Shown here: positions 1 through 12,812 of the stretch, piece after piece
Layout of the letters: every line of letters begins with the position of its first letter
Numbering within the stretch: the stretch's first letter is position 1
From: Azolla caroliniana
Taxonomy: Eukaryota > Plantae > Polypodiophyta
NCBI GenBank assembly: GCA_043228905.1
Contig: JBHGNT010000006.1
Location: 12,028,001 to 12,092,000 of the forward strand
Length of the DNA stretch: 64,000 nt
Reading direction: 5' to 3'
Made by a program: the position numbers and the translations under genes
Notes under the pieces: model-generated
Seen by the model: only the letters and a program-made list of their open reading frames with translations
Database searches by the model: none
What the model was told of the DNA's origin: nothing

Positions 1-280
1 GATCCAAGGTGGTGATATCCGCTGATTTCCTCACCGAAATACACACTCCACCTCTCCTTTCTAACATGTCGTGAGCCGGAGCCCACCATGTGTACCAATC
101 CCCTGGCAACGGGTCTTTGAAAAGTTTCGTTCTTTCTCGGCCAAGGTGATGCTCTTGTAAGAGCAAAATATCAATCGTTTTACAAAGGCCATCAACTTCC
201 CATTCTCTCCTAAACTGACGCTTCTCTAGCGGATGTTGAGACCCACCAAGTCCTTGCACATTCCAAGAACAAATTCTCAT
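1..280 (-). CDS. LINE ORF2 N-terminus (APE-type endonuclease), partial
   Basis: My translation from ATG at 280: MRICSWNVQGLGG...IDILLLQEHHL...RGGVCISVRK. Contains the WNVxG and LQE endonuclease motifs and stays open to the window edge. Confidence 0.85.
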   Translation of the reverse strand, partial: MRICSWNVQGLGGSQHPLEKRQFRREWEVDGLCKTIDILLLQEHHLGRERTKLFKDPLPGDWYTWWAPAHDMLERRGGVCISVRKSADITTLD

Positions 281-290
281 TGACGTGGGT

Positions 291-2377
291 TCACAAAAAA
301 AGCCAAGGGGAGTCTCCCATGCTCGACAAATATGTCTCTACCATACGCCATATAAATTCCCACTCCATACTTATTTTCCATTCTTGATTCTTGGGTACTT
401 CAGCACAATGGAAGTGGAACAAACTAGGCTTTAGCCCTAGATCCTGTACCTTCCATATGCAAACCACTGGAACATCTTGAGCAAGTTCCATCAGCTCCCC
501 TTGTATCGGGGAGCTCTTCCATAATGTTTGCAGCCCCACAACCTCATTTTCAAATGTAAGGTATTGGAGACACAATGCCGCCCTGTTACAAAACGAATTC
601 AAGGACGAGTCTTCTCCCCTTTCATCTTTCAAATCAGGCTCCAAGTCAAAAGAATAACCAGTCTCCGGTCTACCTGAGTTGTTGTTGAAGAGGACCATGT
701 GTGCTCTAGTCCACCCGTGCACTCTTCCCCTTGGATTACCAATGTTCACCACGATCTTGGGTACCTGCGTATCTTGCATCCTCAATGCTTGCAACATAAC
801 AAACTCAACACCCACAGACAAGGGATTTCCAACCTCAATCCGTGTGAGCATTTTTTGCGATTCAGTATTCCTGATGTCCACTTCACTTTCCTTGTCCTTC
901 CCTTTCCTGATCCAGGCCTTAACCATTCTCAGGTTTGATGAAGATCGACTGCCACGGCCCTCAGAGGGCTCTACGAGTGTTTCGTGGGTCTCGACTCGTG
1001 GTAGTAAATCAAATGGAGTTGCTAAAATTATTTCGCCTTCCTGGGGTTCCATTTGTGATAGGATGTCAAATCTATTTGAAATGGAGCCTCCACTTGTAGG
1101 TGGGCCGATAAGACCATGGAGGCTAGGCTTGGCCACTTTCCTCGGCGATATCCATCCTTTTTCCTTTACTACTTGCTTCCCATTGTGAACCAGGACCATG
1201 TGGCTTGCCGTCCCTGAATTTGGGATATCCGGCAACTTGTTGTGTTGTTGTCCCCTATCCGCTCTTGTATTCCCATACCGGGGGCAGTGTTTGGCCATAT
1301 GGCCCATCTCCTTACATGCAAAGCATTGACCTGGCATGCCTTCATAACCAACCTTCACCACCCTTAGACCAAAATCCTCCGTGTGGACTCTAATCTCTGA
1401 TGGTAGTTTTTTAATGTCACTAACCAACACCTTCATCTTGGGCATTTCTGCTACCTTATCTGCAAATGAAGGTTTCGTTGTACATACCACCCCTATATTG
1501 TGTGTGAGCATACTGAAATGACCATTGGTGTGCCCGCTTTTTTATTCTCTTCCTTTGCATCGAAGTCTGGACTCCATTCCAAAATCATGGCTTTGCCATA
1601 CTTCAGTGTAATCCATTTGTGGTCCAGAATCTCTTGTACATTATGGCCTTCTTCTAAGATCACATGGTAATAGTTGAGGCCCATTCTCAAAATGTTCTGG
1701 ATTGGCGGCATTTTATCCAAAAGGGCTGCCTGCAACATGTCCCTTAACATCCCTTTACTTGGTCGTCCTCCTAACAACTGACATATGAACGATGAACACT
1801 TTAAACGGCCCACTTCTTCCATCAATCTTTGATTCTCTGCCGGAGAAAGATAAAGGTCGATCCCTTTTCTTTCATCAATGCCCTCCTCCACCTGCTTCTC
1901 TTGAACCTGGCCAATGTCATTAGTCTCCTTTACTATCAAGACATTGCCCAAGCCTTCCTTGGTGTACATTTCGGAATGTGCCATGGTCAGCCCCTCGCCT
2001 ATCTGCTCCTCATTCTGCGGGTCTGGATGCATACCTGTACCTAGTATTTCAGCTGGGGGGTACGAATCCATACCTGTTCCAACTATGTCCGTTGGAGGAA
2101 GGTTGAGCATATCCATCTCCAAAAGATTGTCGTCGCACTCGTTGATTGGGGAATGTGGCATGAGCATGTGGCGCCTTCCTAATGTTCTAGCCTCCAATGT
2201 TGCAGACCTGTCCAGTGCCTTCCCTGGTTGTCCTGATCTCAAGTGTGCGATCCGACGAGAGGTTTGTTGCCGCAAGGGAAGCGAAGGCCAACGAGGACAA
2301 TGGGAGGAAGCCTTTCCTTTTGTTGGAACACCGTCATTCACTTTCTGCATCTTCCCTGCCTCACAACGTCTCCTCAA
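291..2377 (-). pseudogene. LINE ORF1 (gag-like, DUF4283-type region plus CX2CX4HX4C knuckle), broken by one frameshift near 1500
   Basis: ORF 1493-2377 ends in ...KAMILEWSPDFD... Overlapping ORF 291-1511 carries VGYEGMPGQCFACKEMGHMAKHCP, typical of plant L1 ORF1. Confidence 0.8.
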
Positions 2378-5300
2378 AGTGATTCCCTGGCACTGTAGGG
2401 GTAGGGAGACTCATTCGATGCCCTTCGTGCAGCCGACAACCAATGACGAGCGGCCGAGACTCCCTCCTGCGATAGCCGCTGCGCGAGATCTTGGACAACG
2501 ACAACAACTATCCAGCGCAGGCGCTCCTCACCGTGCTCCTGTTCCTGCTCGTCATTTCCTCTTCACGCCATTCTCTGCTCCTGCTCCTCGCCCTGACCCT
2601 GACCCTCCAATTTAGACTCTTTACATGATGGCATTTATTTTGTACACCAAAAAACATTATTGTTAGTTTATGGTTTCATTCAATGGGGACTTCACATTTA
2701 TACAACACAAGTGGTGAACTTGATAGTAAAAGTGAGCAACAAGAGATATAAGAGAAATGAACCATTTATTCTTTATTGAAAAGATACAATACACCTTTTC
2801 TCTACGAAATTATAAACACACATATCAAATCATTCTAAAAAAGAAAACATGTAAAGAGATTGTGCATATATTTACTATGTATTGTCATCTCAAGTACATG
2901 GTTGTTTGCATCACATATTTTCACTAGTATTACTCGTTTTTGCTTCTTTTTTCATTACCTATACAAGAATCTCAAATAATGTTTTATATACATATATAGA
3001 GGTAGTTACAAAATTCATGGACGAGCTAATATGTAAGGTAAAGCATGTGCCACACATGTAAAGTGACTTCTATGCTGAAATGTTAAAACTAATATTTAAA
3101 ATTGTACAACTCTTATAAAGAGCTCCACAACTTTCTAATTTCAGGCTTGATGCTTGTACAAGTATACGTTTTATCTTGTCGCAATCACACTTATAGCATA
3201 GTAATCGCGTGTGTTTTTTTAACTTGTTTTTGTTGACATATATGATTGTCCCTTCTCCATTAAAGCACATATACACAAACACACATCCCTTGCACTTATA
3301 CCCACCCCCAAACCCATACATACTCACGAGTCACAATCAATCTTGTATTTACACATACACTACTTACCTTTGTAAGTTTAATACAATCGATGTATAAGTG
3401 TGGGAAACCTTAATGTAAGGTGAAAACTCCACAAATGTTGTTGACGATGAAACAAACAATATGTTCATCCTTATAAACTTCTTCAAACTAGAAAGCAAAG
3501 TGCATATGAATGCCCCTTCACATCATTCGACATATAGCAAGAATGTAATTATTGTTTAAGTAATATTGAAAAGTTTGATGTGCAAAAAATAGGTTGAGCC
3601 ATGATGCAACTGGTTGCTAAATATTCATGTTGTCACAAATCCTGAGGTCGAGTTTGTCCAATGAAAAAGGGTAATGGGTATAGAGATCAAGTTACACTGT
3701 TAAAAACCATAATAAAAACCATTTAACGTTGTCATGTTCATTTACAAATGCATGCATGCATGTCAAGGTAGACTCACTAAGGTTTTGAACCACGAGAATA
3801 TAGAAGAACAAGGCAAACCATAGTTATTATGATTAATTAGTTGAAATTTCAAGAGAGGATCCTCAAACTTAGCATAGGTAGATATTGAAGACATTAATTA
3901 GAAAGAAGAAAATGATAATAGGACAAAAACTATGTATTGGTAACCATTGATAATATGGTGTTGAAATATCCATTACAATATATGAAGGTAACTTAGCATC
4001 TTGAAAAACATGTTTACTCTCAAACCCTAATCTATAACATCCCTTAAAAGTTTTGAATCAATCCAACCCCCACCCTCAAAATAAGATCCTTCCCTTTTTA
4101 GGTGCATGCCATGTGATGCTTGTGCTTTATTTTCACCCTATTTGGGCAACCCTTTTGCCAAATTCTCTTTTCCATACACACCCTCACAAAGCCATACATT
4201 TGGCTAATTCGGCCATAGTGCTTATTCTATTACATGTGAGCGAACTTGTTAAAGCAACATGTTACATCTCCTACTATGTGGTAATGACATCATTGCATCA
4301 ATATATTGTCATTGTTATTGAGGTAAGTAGGCAGAAAAAGTAAGTAGTTGCAAGAACAATTAGTGTTTGATTGGGAATTACAACATTCCTAAGAAATATA
4401 TTGTCACAAACATGTCCGTGACATATATTATGTGTAATGAGGATCTATCCTAATGATACAAACAATCTAGATTTGATCAAATAGCAATTGACATGAGAGA
4501 GAATCCTCTACCCAACCAAACACCTTAGGCAAATGTTCAATTATAAATTGGGTAGAGTCTCCAAGTCAAGAGTACATCCCATTCTAATGTCCAAAGGTGT
4601 CTATTATGAAACGACTACGCTTATAATGGCTCTATTCCCAAACAATTGATTTCCCATTTGCCAAATTGGCATATGTCTTGCCTTAATTTGACCCCTTATT
4701 AATATTGAATGCATCCAAATGAGGTGTCTTTTTGTACTAGTGGATAAAAACTTAGCCTTCATTAACGTTTGCATCTTATACATATTAACCTCTTTCATTA
4801 TTATGATATTAAGTTTTGTTTGGAGAGTCAAAACCCATGTCACATGTTGAGTTAAGTGATCCTATCCTAGGGTGATAAATTGTCTTAATATTTATAGGCA
4901 TGAGTCATGAGAATGACTCCAAATCAAGTCGCACAGAAGGAACAAACTGGGCAAACATTATGACATGTTTTCTTGCCCCCACTTCTTTGTTATGTTTGTA
5001 AATTGTAATTATCAACATTTCAAGCAGCCATGAATCCACTTACATATATATTATTGTAACGGTTGATTGCATCAAGTTTTTCACTATTTTGTTTTAAAAA
5101 TGTGATAAAACTTCAATGAATGGACCAATCATTACACAATTTATTTAAACTCCCCACAAACATTTTGTGCTTATTAGAGGAAAATGAGTTTCAATTATGA
5201 GCTTTGCGTTACAACTTGATTGGACCATACACGTGTTTTTCATGTTTTGTTGGTAACCAAGTTCATTGAGAAAGATTAAGAAAGTTGACATGAATTGCAA

Positions 5301-5829
5301 CTGCAAGTATTCAAACCTTCAAAAGGGTGGCACAATTTTTGCATCCAATTTAAGTTAAAAGACTTGGTATTTGAAACCTTCAAAGCAAAATAAATACGCT
5401 TGGAAGTTCATGCATATGTATAAAAGCATTTTGGGGAATGTACCCATCTTGGCACATGTTACACTCTCCTTCACGAAGCTATACAAATCAAGGAACGTAC
5501 TCCCACTCAAAATGGGTGGTGTCTTTTGCTCGTAGTTGTGACAGACTAGAGTTGATAGTGGGCATCTTACCCTTGGAATGGACATATTTATACAATGAAG
5601 AAAGCGGTGAGACTTTTATACATAATGATGTGAGTCGAAGGGTTCCATGGACCATCAAGTCCATGAACATTGCATTATTTGCATATGCACCACCTAGAGG
5701 GTAATGAGGGTCATGTGGTGCATTCAAACTCACTTGATATACATCATATACATACATATATAAATATGTATATATCCATGAATCACTAATCCATCTTTTG
5801 TAGTTGGTGGCTTGATGAAGAAGAGTTTT

Positions 5830-6195
5830 TTTTCCCACGTGACATGATGTGACAGTGAGTGGAAACCACGTGGATTCCCAACAAGTCATTGCTTCTGAAC
5901 GTTCTTATGAAAAAAAACACATGAGGAGTGTGGTGCGTTCTAAATCGTTTTGCTTGTTCATTCATTTTGAGTTTTATTTGTATATGCCTGGCTATGTTTA
6001 GCATGGAATTCAATTGAAAGAGTGTTTCCATGAGAGATTGGAGGGGGGGGGGGGGGGGGGGGGGGGTGTGGTTTGGTTCATGCATCTGGCTCACTTTTGG
6101 GATGAACCCTCTCTCTCTCTTCTCTGTTTTTATTACTTTTTGCTTCTCCTTTCTCTCTCTTTTCTTTGTCACTTTCATTTATGTACCTATAAAAA
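5830..6195 (+). promoter_or_regulatory. Putative MGL promoter: two G-box/ABRE-like CACGTG motifs, G23 run, TATA-like box
   Basis: CCACGTGA (~5835), CCACGTGG (~5866), poly-G 6043-6065 and CTATAAAA (~6187), about 220 nt upstream of the ATG. Function is inferred from position only. Confidence 0.45.
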
Positions 6196-6406
6196 TAGAA
6201 ACCCAAAATAACGTTTTGTTGTATCATATGTATCCCACTCACCTCACCGCTTCTGAAATTTTAAGAAAAGAAAAGTCTTAACAAAAACACTTAGAAATAT
6301 ATACAAACAATTTAACAACAAAAGCAAGCAATCGGAGATTTGTGATTTTGTTCCCCTGATTGCTTGCATTGCCCATCCTTCTTCTTCTTCTTTTTCTTCA
6401 AGCACC

Positions 6407-7921
6407 ATGAAACAAAAAGAAGAAGAAGAAGAAGGTGTTGAAGAGCAGCTGCAGCTAGTAGAGGTCAATACCAACAACAAGGTCACATCAAAGAGACTTC
6501 GTACAATTGAAGAGGAAAGAGTAGTAGGAGGAGGAGGAGGATTAGAGGAGCAGGGTATGCTACTTCAGCAGAATGGCATGGGCAACAACTTAAAGTCGGG
6601 GGCGGGGGGGCCATACTGGCAAGACCCAGTTCATGCATTGGCATCAGTCCGGCATGAGTTTGGCGAACATGGCGGGGTTAACATGTCTATCGAAGCATCG
6701 GCGACTTTCACGGTCATGGAGCCCGAGACATTGGGGAAGCTTTTCTCGGGAGAGCTCGGCCCCAGCATGGATTTCTACATCTATAGCCGCCACTTCAACC
6801 CGACGATCCTCAATTTGAGCCGACAATTGGCGGCCTTGGAAGGCACCGAGGCGGCCTACTGCACCTCGAGCGGCATGTCGGCCATCTCCTCTGTCCTTCT
6901 CCAGCTTTGCGATCATGGGGACCATATAGTGGCTTCGAGCCACCTCTATGGGGGTACTTTTGCGCTGCTGTCTCACTTCCTCCCCAGGACATGTGGGATT
7001 ACGACTACTTTCATCGACATATTCGGCGAAGATGCGGAGGCGGAGATCCGTGCAGCTTTACCCTCGGCCCGGGTTCTTTACCTAGAGTCGATCTCGAACC
7101 CGACCCTCTCGGTGGCAGACATACCCCGCCTATCGGCCATAGCGAGGGAGGTGTCGGCTGCCCAACAGAAGGACAGGCGGCGGCCGATCACGGTGGTCGT
7201 GGACAACACATTCGCGCCCGTCATACTCTCCCCGGCCCACCTTGGAGCAGACATAGTAGTCCATAGCATCTCCAAGTACATAAGCGGGGGCGCTGACGTA
7301 ATCGCCGGGGCCGTGTGCGGGCCCGCCGCGCTCATCGACTCCATGATGGGGCTCCAGCAAGGTGCATTGATGCTCCTCGGCCCCACCATGAACCCGAATG
7401 TTGCGTTCAGCATCTCGGAGCGCATCCCGCACCTGGCGCTGCGGATGAAGGAGCATTGCCACAGGGCACTCACCTATGCCACAAGGCTTCAGACTCTGGG
7501 GCTCAAGGTTATTTACCCAGGCCTCGAGGAACATCCGCAACACCATCTTTTTAAGAGGCTCGCCAACGCCGGCTATGGCTATGGGGGCATGATGGGCATC
7601 CATCTGGGGACCAAGGAAAGAGCTTATAAGTTTATTCACTACCTTCAAAATAATGTGCAATTCGGATTCATGGCGGTGAGCTTGGGGTACTACGAGACGC
7701 TAATGTCGTGCCCAGGTTCGAGCACCAGCAGTGAGTTGAGTGTGGATGAGCAAGAGCGAACCGGCATTTCGCCTGGCCTCGTTCGCATGTCGGTGGGCTA
7801 CACGGGCACGTTGGAACAACGGTGGAACCAGTTGCTCGAGGCCCTTACTACCCTCGATCTCGTTCAACCCAACACGAAGAGGGTCCCTAGTTATAATGCT
7901 ACAACTACTTCAAATCATTGA
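6407..7921 (+). CDS. MGL: Methionine gamma-lyase (PLP-dependent, Cys/Met metabolism family), 504 aa, intronless
   Basis: Plant MGL signatures: RHEFGEHGGVNMSIEASATFTVMEP, YSRHFNPT, SSGMSAIS, VVDNTF, HSISKYISGG (PLP lysine), AVSLGYYETLMSC, GISPGLVRMSVGY. ORF is uninterrupted. Confidence 0.95.
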   Translation: MKQKEEEEEGVEEQLQLVEVNTNNKVTSKRLRTIEEERVVGGGGGLEEQGMLLQQNGMGNNLKSGAGGPYWQDPVHALASVRHEFGEHGGVNMSIEASATFTVMEPETLGKLFSGELGPSMDFYIYSRHFNPTILNLSRQLAALEGTEAAYCTSSGMSAISSVLLQLCDHGDHIVASSHLYGGTFALLSHFLPRTCGITTTFIDIFGEDAEAEIRAALPSARVLYLESISNPTLSVADIPRLSAIAREVSAAQQKDRRRPITVVVDNTFAPVILSPAHLGADIVVHSISKYISGGADVIAGAVCGPAALIDSMMGLQQGALMLLGPTMNPNVAFSISERIPHLALRMKEHCHRALTYATRLQTLGLKVIYPGLEEHPQHHLFKRLANAGYGYGGMMGIHLGTKERAYKFIHYLQNNVQFGFMAVSLGYYETLMSCPGSSTSSELSVDEQERTGISPGLVRMSVGYTGTLEQRWNQLLEALTTLDLVQPNTKRVPSYNATTTSNH

Positions 7922-10900
7922 CAGTTATTCAAAAAAACATTTGCTTTTTGTTTGTTCAAACATGTAGCTCTTCTAGAGTGTATCTCACATTGGAAAGCTA
8001 ACCTTTGAATGTTTCTGCATAATCTTAATAATAAACTTGCTTCAGCTTCTCTCCCACACCAATGGAAGAGAAAGAGGCATGCATTGCTTTTTACTCCATG
8101 AGATTGGAGCATAGTAGTGTCGTGTTCCAATGGGTTTTAATGGGTTTTTTTCGGTGCCATACCACTCTTAAGACATAGATGATAGTGAATAATTTGTTTT
8201 ATCTCCTGGGATGCTACTACAATTGATGAATTGTTACTATTTTGTTGGTTCCTTTTAAATATTATATGCAGTGCCTTTCTCTTTGTTGGATGCAAATTGA
8301 AATAAGGTCTTGAACGGCCGAGATGCAAAACAGTTAAGATTTTGAATTCGTGGCTCGGCTTTTTGGCAATTGGGTCCTTCCTACGCACAAAATAACACCA
8401 AGCTGCTTCCTTCCACGTAAGACAGAAAATGAGATCACATGATCCCGTCCTACCGAGTAGCTCCACTTGGGATCAGATTTAACCTTTTTCTTTGCAATAT
8501 AAGAAATTGTTTGTGTTGTAGTTAAGTGTACATTAGTGGTACTATTCCCTCATGGAGATTATCCAAACAAAAAAAAACACTTCTAGGGTTCTCATATTTC
8601 CGACTCTAAATGTGACCTTTTCTAGATTTATGTGCAGCATGGAGGTCTTGTTTCAATTTGTAGGTCCTCCTTATTCAGGTATCAAACAAAGGAAAAAATA
8701 CACTGCAGACAAAACTTCAAGAAAAATGTTAAAAGAATTATTTTTAATAAAAAGAAGTGAACAAACTTTAGAAAAATAGATTACCCTTCCTTCCTAGTAA
8801 ATTTGAGATTGTTGCGTCCTATTTGAGATATATATATATATACATAATATATATACACGAGTATATTTTAGAGGTTTTTAACGAAGACTTATATGGTGCC
8901 CACATAGACTTGATGGTACATTCAAAGCAATGCATGATGCAAGAAAAACCCAAGGTCGATGTTGTTTTCTACATAGACTCTACCAAGTACACGCTCAACT
9001 AAAAATTGGAAGAAAAGACAAAACATATTTCCAACAAGGGAGAAAAGGGTCACGAATCACAATCCCTCTCTCTCCGTCCAAATATTGATCTTGTACTTTG
9101 GGGTATGATATGTCATTCTTGGATCCCATTCAGATACATTGATATGTATTTAATCTTTTACCACCCTTTTATCCATTCATGTCTATGCTGCTGCATTCTA
9201 CATCTTTATCCATTCTTGTCTCTTCTTGTCCATTTGTCGTTTGCACACTTTCACAATATGTCCTTTAATTGTGTTTTGCACTCTTTTTTCACTTTATTCT
9301 TCTCTTGCCTTTAGTACTAATTTTCGTTATTGTTTCCTTTCTCAGGTCAATGCTACCACTTTACGATCCCCTTGGAACAACTCCTCCTTTATCTCCATCC
9401 TTGTCTGTTCGTCTTTAATACTTAACCGTGTGATATTCATCCATGTCACCAACCAACATAAGTAGGGAACCTCAAGCCCTCATTTTCATTATCACTTGAC
9501 CTACCACTCTCTATATATGGAAGAACACAAACCATCTTTTAAATTGCCAAAACAAAAGATTCATGTGTTGTCCAGTCATCGAAAAGGTCTATGGGTCTAT
9601 TGTGTGTGTCAAGAACACATGTATATAGTTCCTGTCTTGCAAAAGTAGCAACAACAAACCAAATTAAGCATAAACAAATTTAGCGTTGCATTTCAAGTCA
9701 TTGTTCATCGGCCCAAGTCAAGAAGTCGATTAACACATTGCTTTAACATATTAAATTGAAGATCTTGAATTGAGCACATGCATAAGTTCTTCCAAATAGT
9801 GTTCCAACACTATAAATCATTGCCCCTAACTAGTTCAAAACACCATAGAACTCATATAATCTAGAATATGGGTACATATCCCATAACCCACTAAAGATAT
9901 AACCCAATTTACAGCCCACTATCCATGCTTCATGAAGAAGAATCCTCACACAATCTCACGGTCATCGAGCAAAAATTCAGGATCTGTAATCCATGACGAA
10001 GAACAACCGTAAAGCATAGAAGACATAGAGAAATCTGATACAACACAAAAACGAAGAAGAACAGAATCAACCAAATATCAACAACTCTAGGCCATGATTC
10101 GTATACCCACAATATTTCCCACATTAGATAAGCTAAATCTCTCACTCTAGTTGGCTTGGGCATTACTGATCTGGAGATGCAGAGTATAATCTAGACTCGA
10201 GACTCTAGAGCCTGGTTAAGAAACAAGGGAAGGCCAATCCACCACGACATTCAAAAATCTCCTGAGGTTCCGGATTAAGTGTTTGGGATTGATGTGTGAA
10301 TCTGAGTACAAAAAATGATGCTAAAAAAACACAACATCCACAGAAACCCTAAACCATATGCCTAATCACCGATTCAATCATCCACCCAGAAGCCATGATT
10401 CATAAATAAGAAACCTAAACATAAACAAATATCCATAAAAGTCAAATAACACGAATCCACACGATAAGCTACAATCATAGTCCATAGATCTACTATTACT
10501 GAACAACCCCATCTGGAATTCTTCCTTCTAGCTACTTGTAGTTAGAGAGACACATTCATCTTTTAAACAAATATAGAGCTATGGCATTGATCCTTTCTTG
10601 TCATACCTCGCTTTCTCACGTCTATAAATTTTAAGATTCATGAAGGATTCTTATATGAATAATGAAATACCCTCATATAAATTTTCAGTAGTGTCCATAT
10701 ACTTGGACTGAACCAGGTATTTATGAAAGAAAATACTTCAGGACATCTATGCATCAAGATTCCCTTCTTGCTTCTTAAAGAACCCCGAGTACTTTTTGAA
10801 CTCATTCACTAGGTGTTGAAAACCCCATTCAAAAATTCATGAGATCACATTACCATCCTCATATCAGTAAAAGATTGCCATAAAGTCCATCCCAAGTATT

Positions 10901-10959
10901 CTCGGAATATCTCATTCATTATATCACATCACATTAGTCATCATCAGTCCAAAATCTTT

Positions 10960-11233
10960 TGGAATACATATCTAACTTAGATGACATTACTGAAGTCATC
11001 CAGATGATCAATCACAGTGAACTCATTCTAAATACTCTTCGAATATATATCTAATCTAGGTCACATTACTAAAGCACGTAGGTAAAAATCACCGTGGAAT
11101 CATTCCAAATACTGATGGGAATACTGTTTGAACATATACCTAATTTAGAACACATTAACAAACAATCACAATCTGAAATAATCCAAAATATTATGGTTTA
11201 GGAGTACATCCTCCTGTACTCCTAAACCATAAT
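10960..11233. repeat. Degenerate ~75-90 bp tandem repeat (about 3 units) ending in a perfect 19-bp inverted repeat
   Basis: Recurring CATATCTAA-TTAGA-CACATTAC...ATCAC..TG-A-TCATTC-AAATACT. Hairpin ATTATGGTTTAGGAGTACA / TCCTCC / TGTACTCCTAAACCATAAT at 11190-11233. Confidence 0.6.
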
Positions 11234-12076
11234 CCTTTAATAAAGTGAATGTATCGAGGTTCAAACCATTTTCCTTCACCAATGTAGCCAAACTTATTCA
11301 CATTTGTATCTTCTAAACAATGAATATTTCACCTATTGGTTCTTTCTACCTATATCACATCTTTCATCAATTTAGTTCTTCTGAACCATTCTACTTCAGA
11401 ATCAGAGGAAGGAGATCTAGATTTCCCAGGACACCAAAAAGCATTGCAAAACAAAAGAAAAGGGACAAATGAATGCAGGTCATGTAAGTAGCGAAGCTAT
11501 TGTAGAGTTTGCGAAGCGTCAAGGATTGAATATATTACAGAGCAACAAAAAGAGATTTCAGTTACAATTTAGAGCTTCTTACCCACATTTGTGTGTGAGG
11601 AGTAAAACACTTAAACTGACAGTTCAGCGAGTGAGAGCTTCCATGGTGGAGACTTTGTGAGGTATGAGAGGAACAGGATATGTATTGGGGGGCGGTGTTA
11701 TCTTGTGGCTCAAGTTTTGGCCATGTATACATACATTATAAATTATAATACATACTTGTCCCCACAATTCCCAAACCAAACATGATATGTGGTCCACTAG
11801 AGCTGGCTGGTTGGCAAATACATAGACACACATGTGCATCGTTTTACTCACGAAAACCGATTTATGGGCATGTCTTGCCACGCCACACCATTGCTGTGCT
11901 TGCCAACCAATGCCTGCTTGCATCTAGCAATTGACAACGGTTCGGTTCGGTTTGAGGGGGTCCAAACCGAACTGTTTAGAGATGTTGAAACTTGAACCGA
12001 ACCGAACCGAACCGAACCACAAAACTGTTAAACCGAACCATTAAAAAATTGTCAAACCGTTAAGCCATTAAACCGG

Positions 12077-12767
12077 TGTCATGGAGAAAACTGTCCCTAG
12101 GCGGAATCGGAGAATGATGTGCGCGAACCGGCCCTTACACGCGGGCACAAGTTTTGTTGTAATGTACATATTTGGGTACAAGTCGGCTAATGTGAATATC
12201 GTAGGTCGCACGGATTTGATAGGTAGGAAATCAAGGCATATCTCTGTCTGAAAGGACAGAGAATAAAGATGATGTAACAAGTTGTAACGGCCTCCCTCCT
12301 TGGGCTATAAAAGAGAGGGAGAGGAATCGTAAAGGGGATCGCTTTTGTCGAGGGCGAAGTGCTGTCGGACTGGGACCGAGCTCTTCTCCTCCGTCTTTCT
12401 CTGTATTTTGCTCTGTGCAGGTTTTGGAGAGGCTGACTCTGCTCCGCGGAACGCCCGAGTGCTTCTGGCAGAGTCTCCATCTCGCTCTTCTGTGTGTGTG
12501 TGCGTAGGCGTGGGAGATTCGTCGCTTACCGACCTGCCGGTTGTAACCCCTTATTCATTAGAATATATATATATATATATATATACATATACGCATTTGT
12601 CTCGTTTCCGTTGTTTCATTCGGTTGCGATTTCTGTGTACCTGTGTGTGTGTGTGTGTGGAAGCACGACCGTTGTCTTTCTTGCTCCTACTCCTGATCGG
12701 TTATTCCTCAGTCCAAGTCCCCCATGGTCCAGCCTCGTTCTATACGCACGCACGTAACAACGCGACA
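12077..12767 (+). repeat. 5' LTR of G1 (691 bp)
   Basis: Direct repeat of 18334-19022; contains CTATAAAA and TA/TG microsatellites. Confidence 0.95.
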
Positions 12768-12771
12768 TATT

Positions 12772-12789
12772 TGGTGAACCCGATGTGAA
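12772..12789 (+). promoter_or_regulatory. Primer-binding site complementary to the tRNA-Trp 3' end
   Basis: TGGTGAACCCGATGTGAA. One C>T change from the complement of the plant tRNA-Trp 3' end (...UUCACGUCGGGUUCACCA, from memory). Confidence 0.85.
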
Positions 12790-12812
12790 AAGGCGGCAGA
12801 GGAATAGAAAAT

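Larger units (their letters stand above)
1..2610 (-). mobile_element. L1-clade LINE retrotransposon, 5' part (5' UTR, ORF1, start of ORF2); continues beyond the left window edge
   Basis: ORF1 with zinc knuckle, followed 10 nt after its stop by an APE-endonuclease ORF. A GC-rich leader ends abruptly against AT-rich flank at ~2610 (5' boundary approximate). Confidence 0.88.

Noticed and set aside
2620-5400. AT-rich region with short ORFs, possibly old transposon debris
   Set aside because: No termini, TSD or protein motif I can support.
6043-6065. G23 run as a functional G-quadruplex
   Set aside because: Homopolymer length is error-prone in assemblies and such runs are common in this window; no evidence of function.
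6644-7660. Several antisense and alternate-frame ORFs over MGL
   Set aside because: Expected shadow ORFs of a GC-rich coding region; no motifs.
11939-12060. Short repeated AACCG/CGGTT units resembling an array
   Set aside because: No unique spacers and a eukaryotic context. They are subterminal repeats of the hAT MITE, not CRISPR.
12068-12788. ORFs within LTRs (also 18319-19012, 45319-45957, 50631-51272)
   Set aside because: They are repeated only because the LTRs are, include microsatellite translations, and have no recognisable domain.
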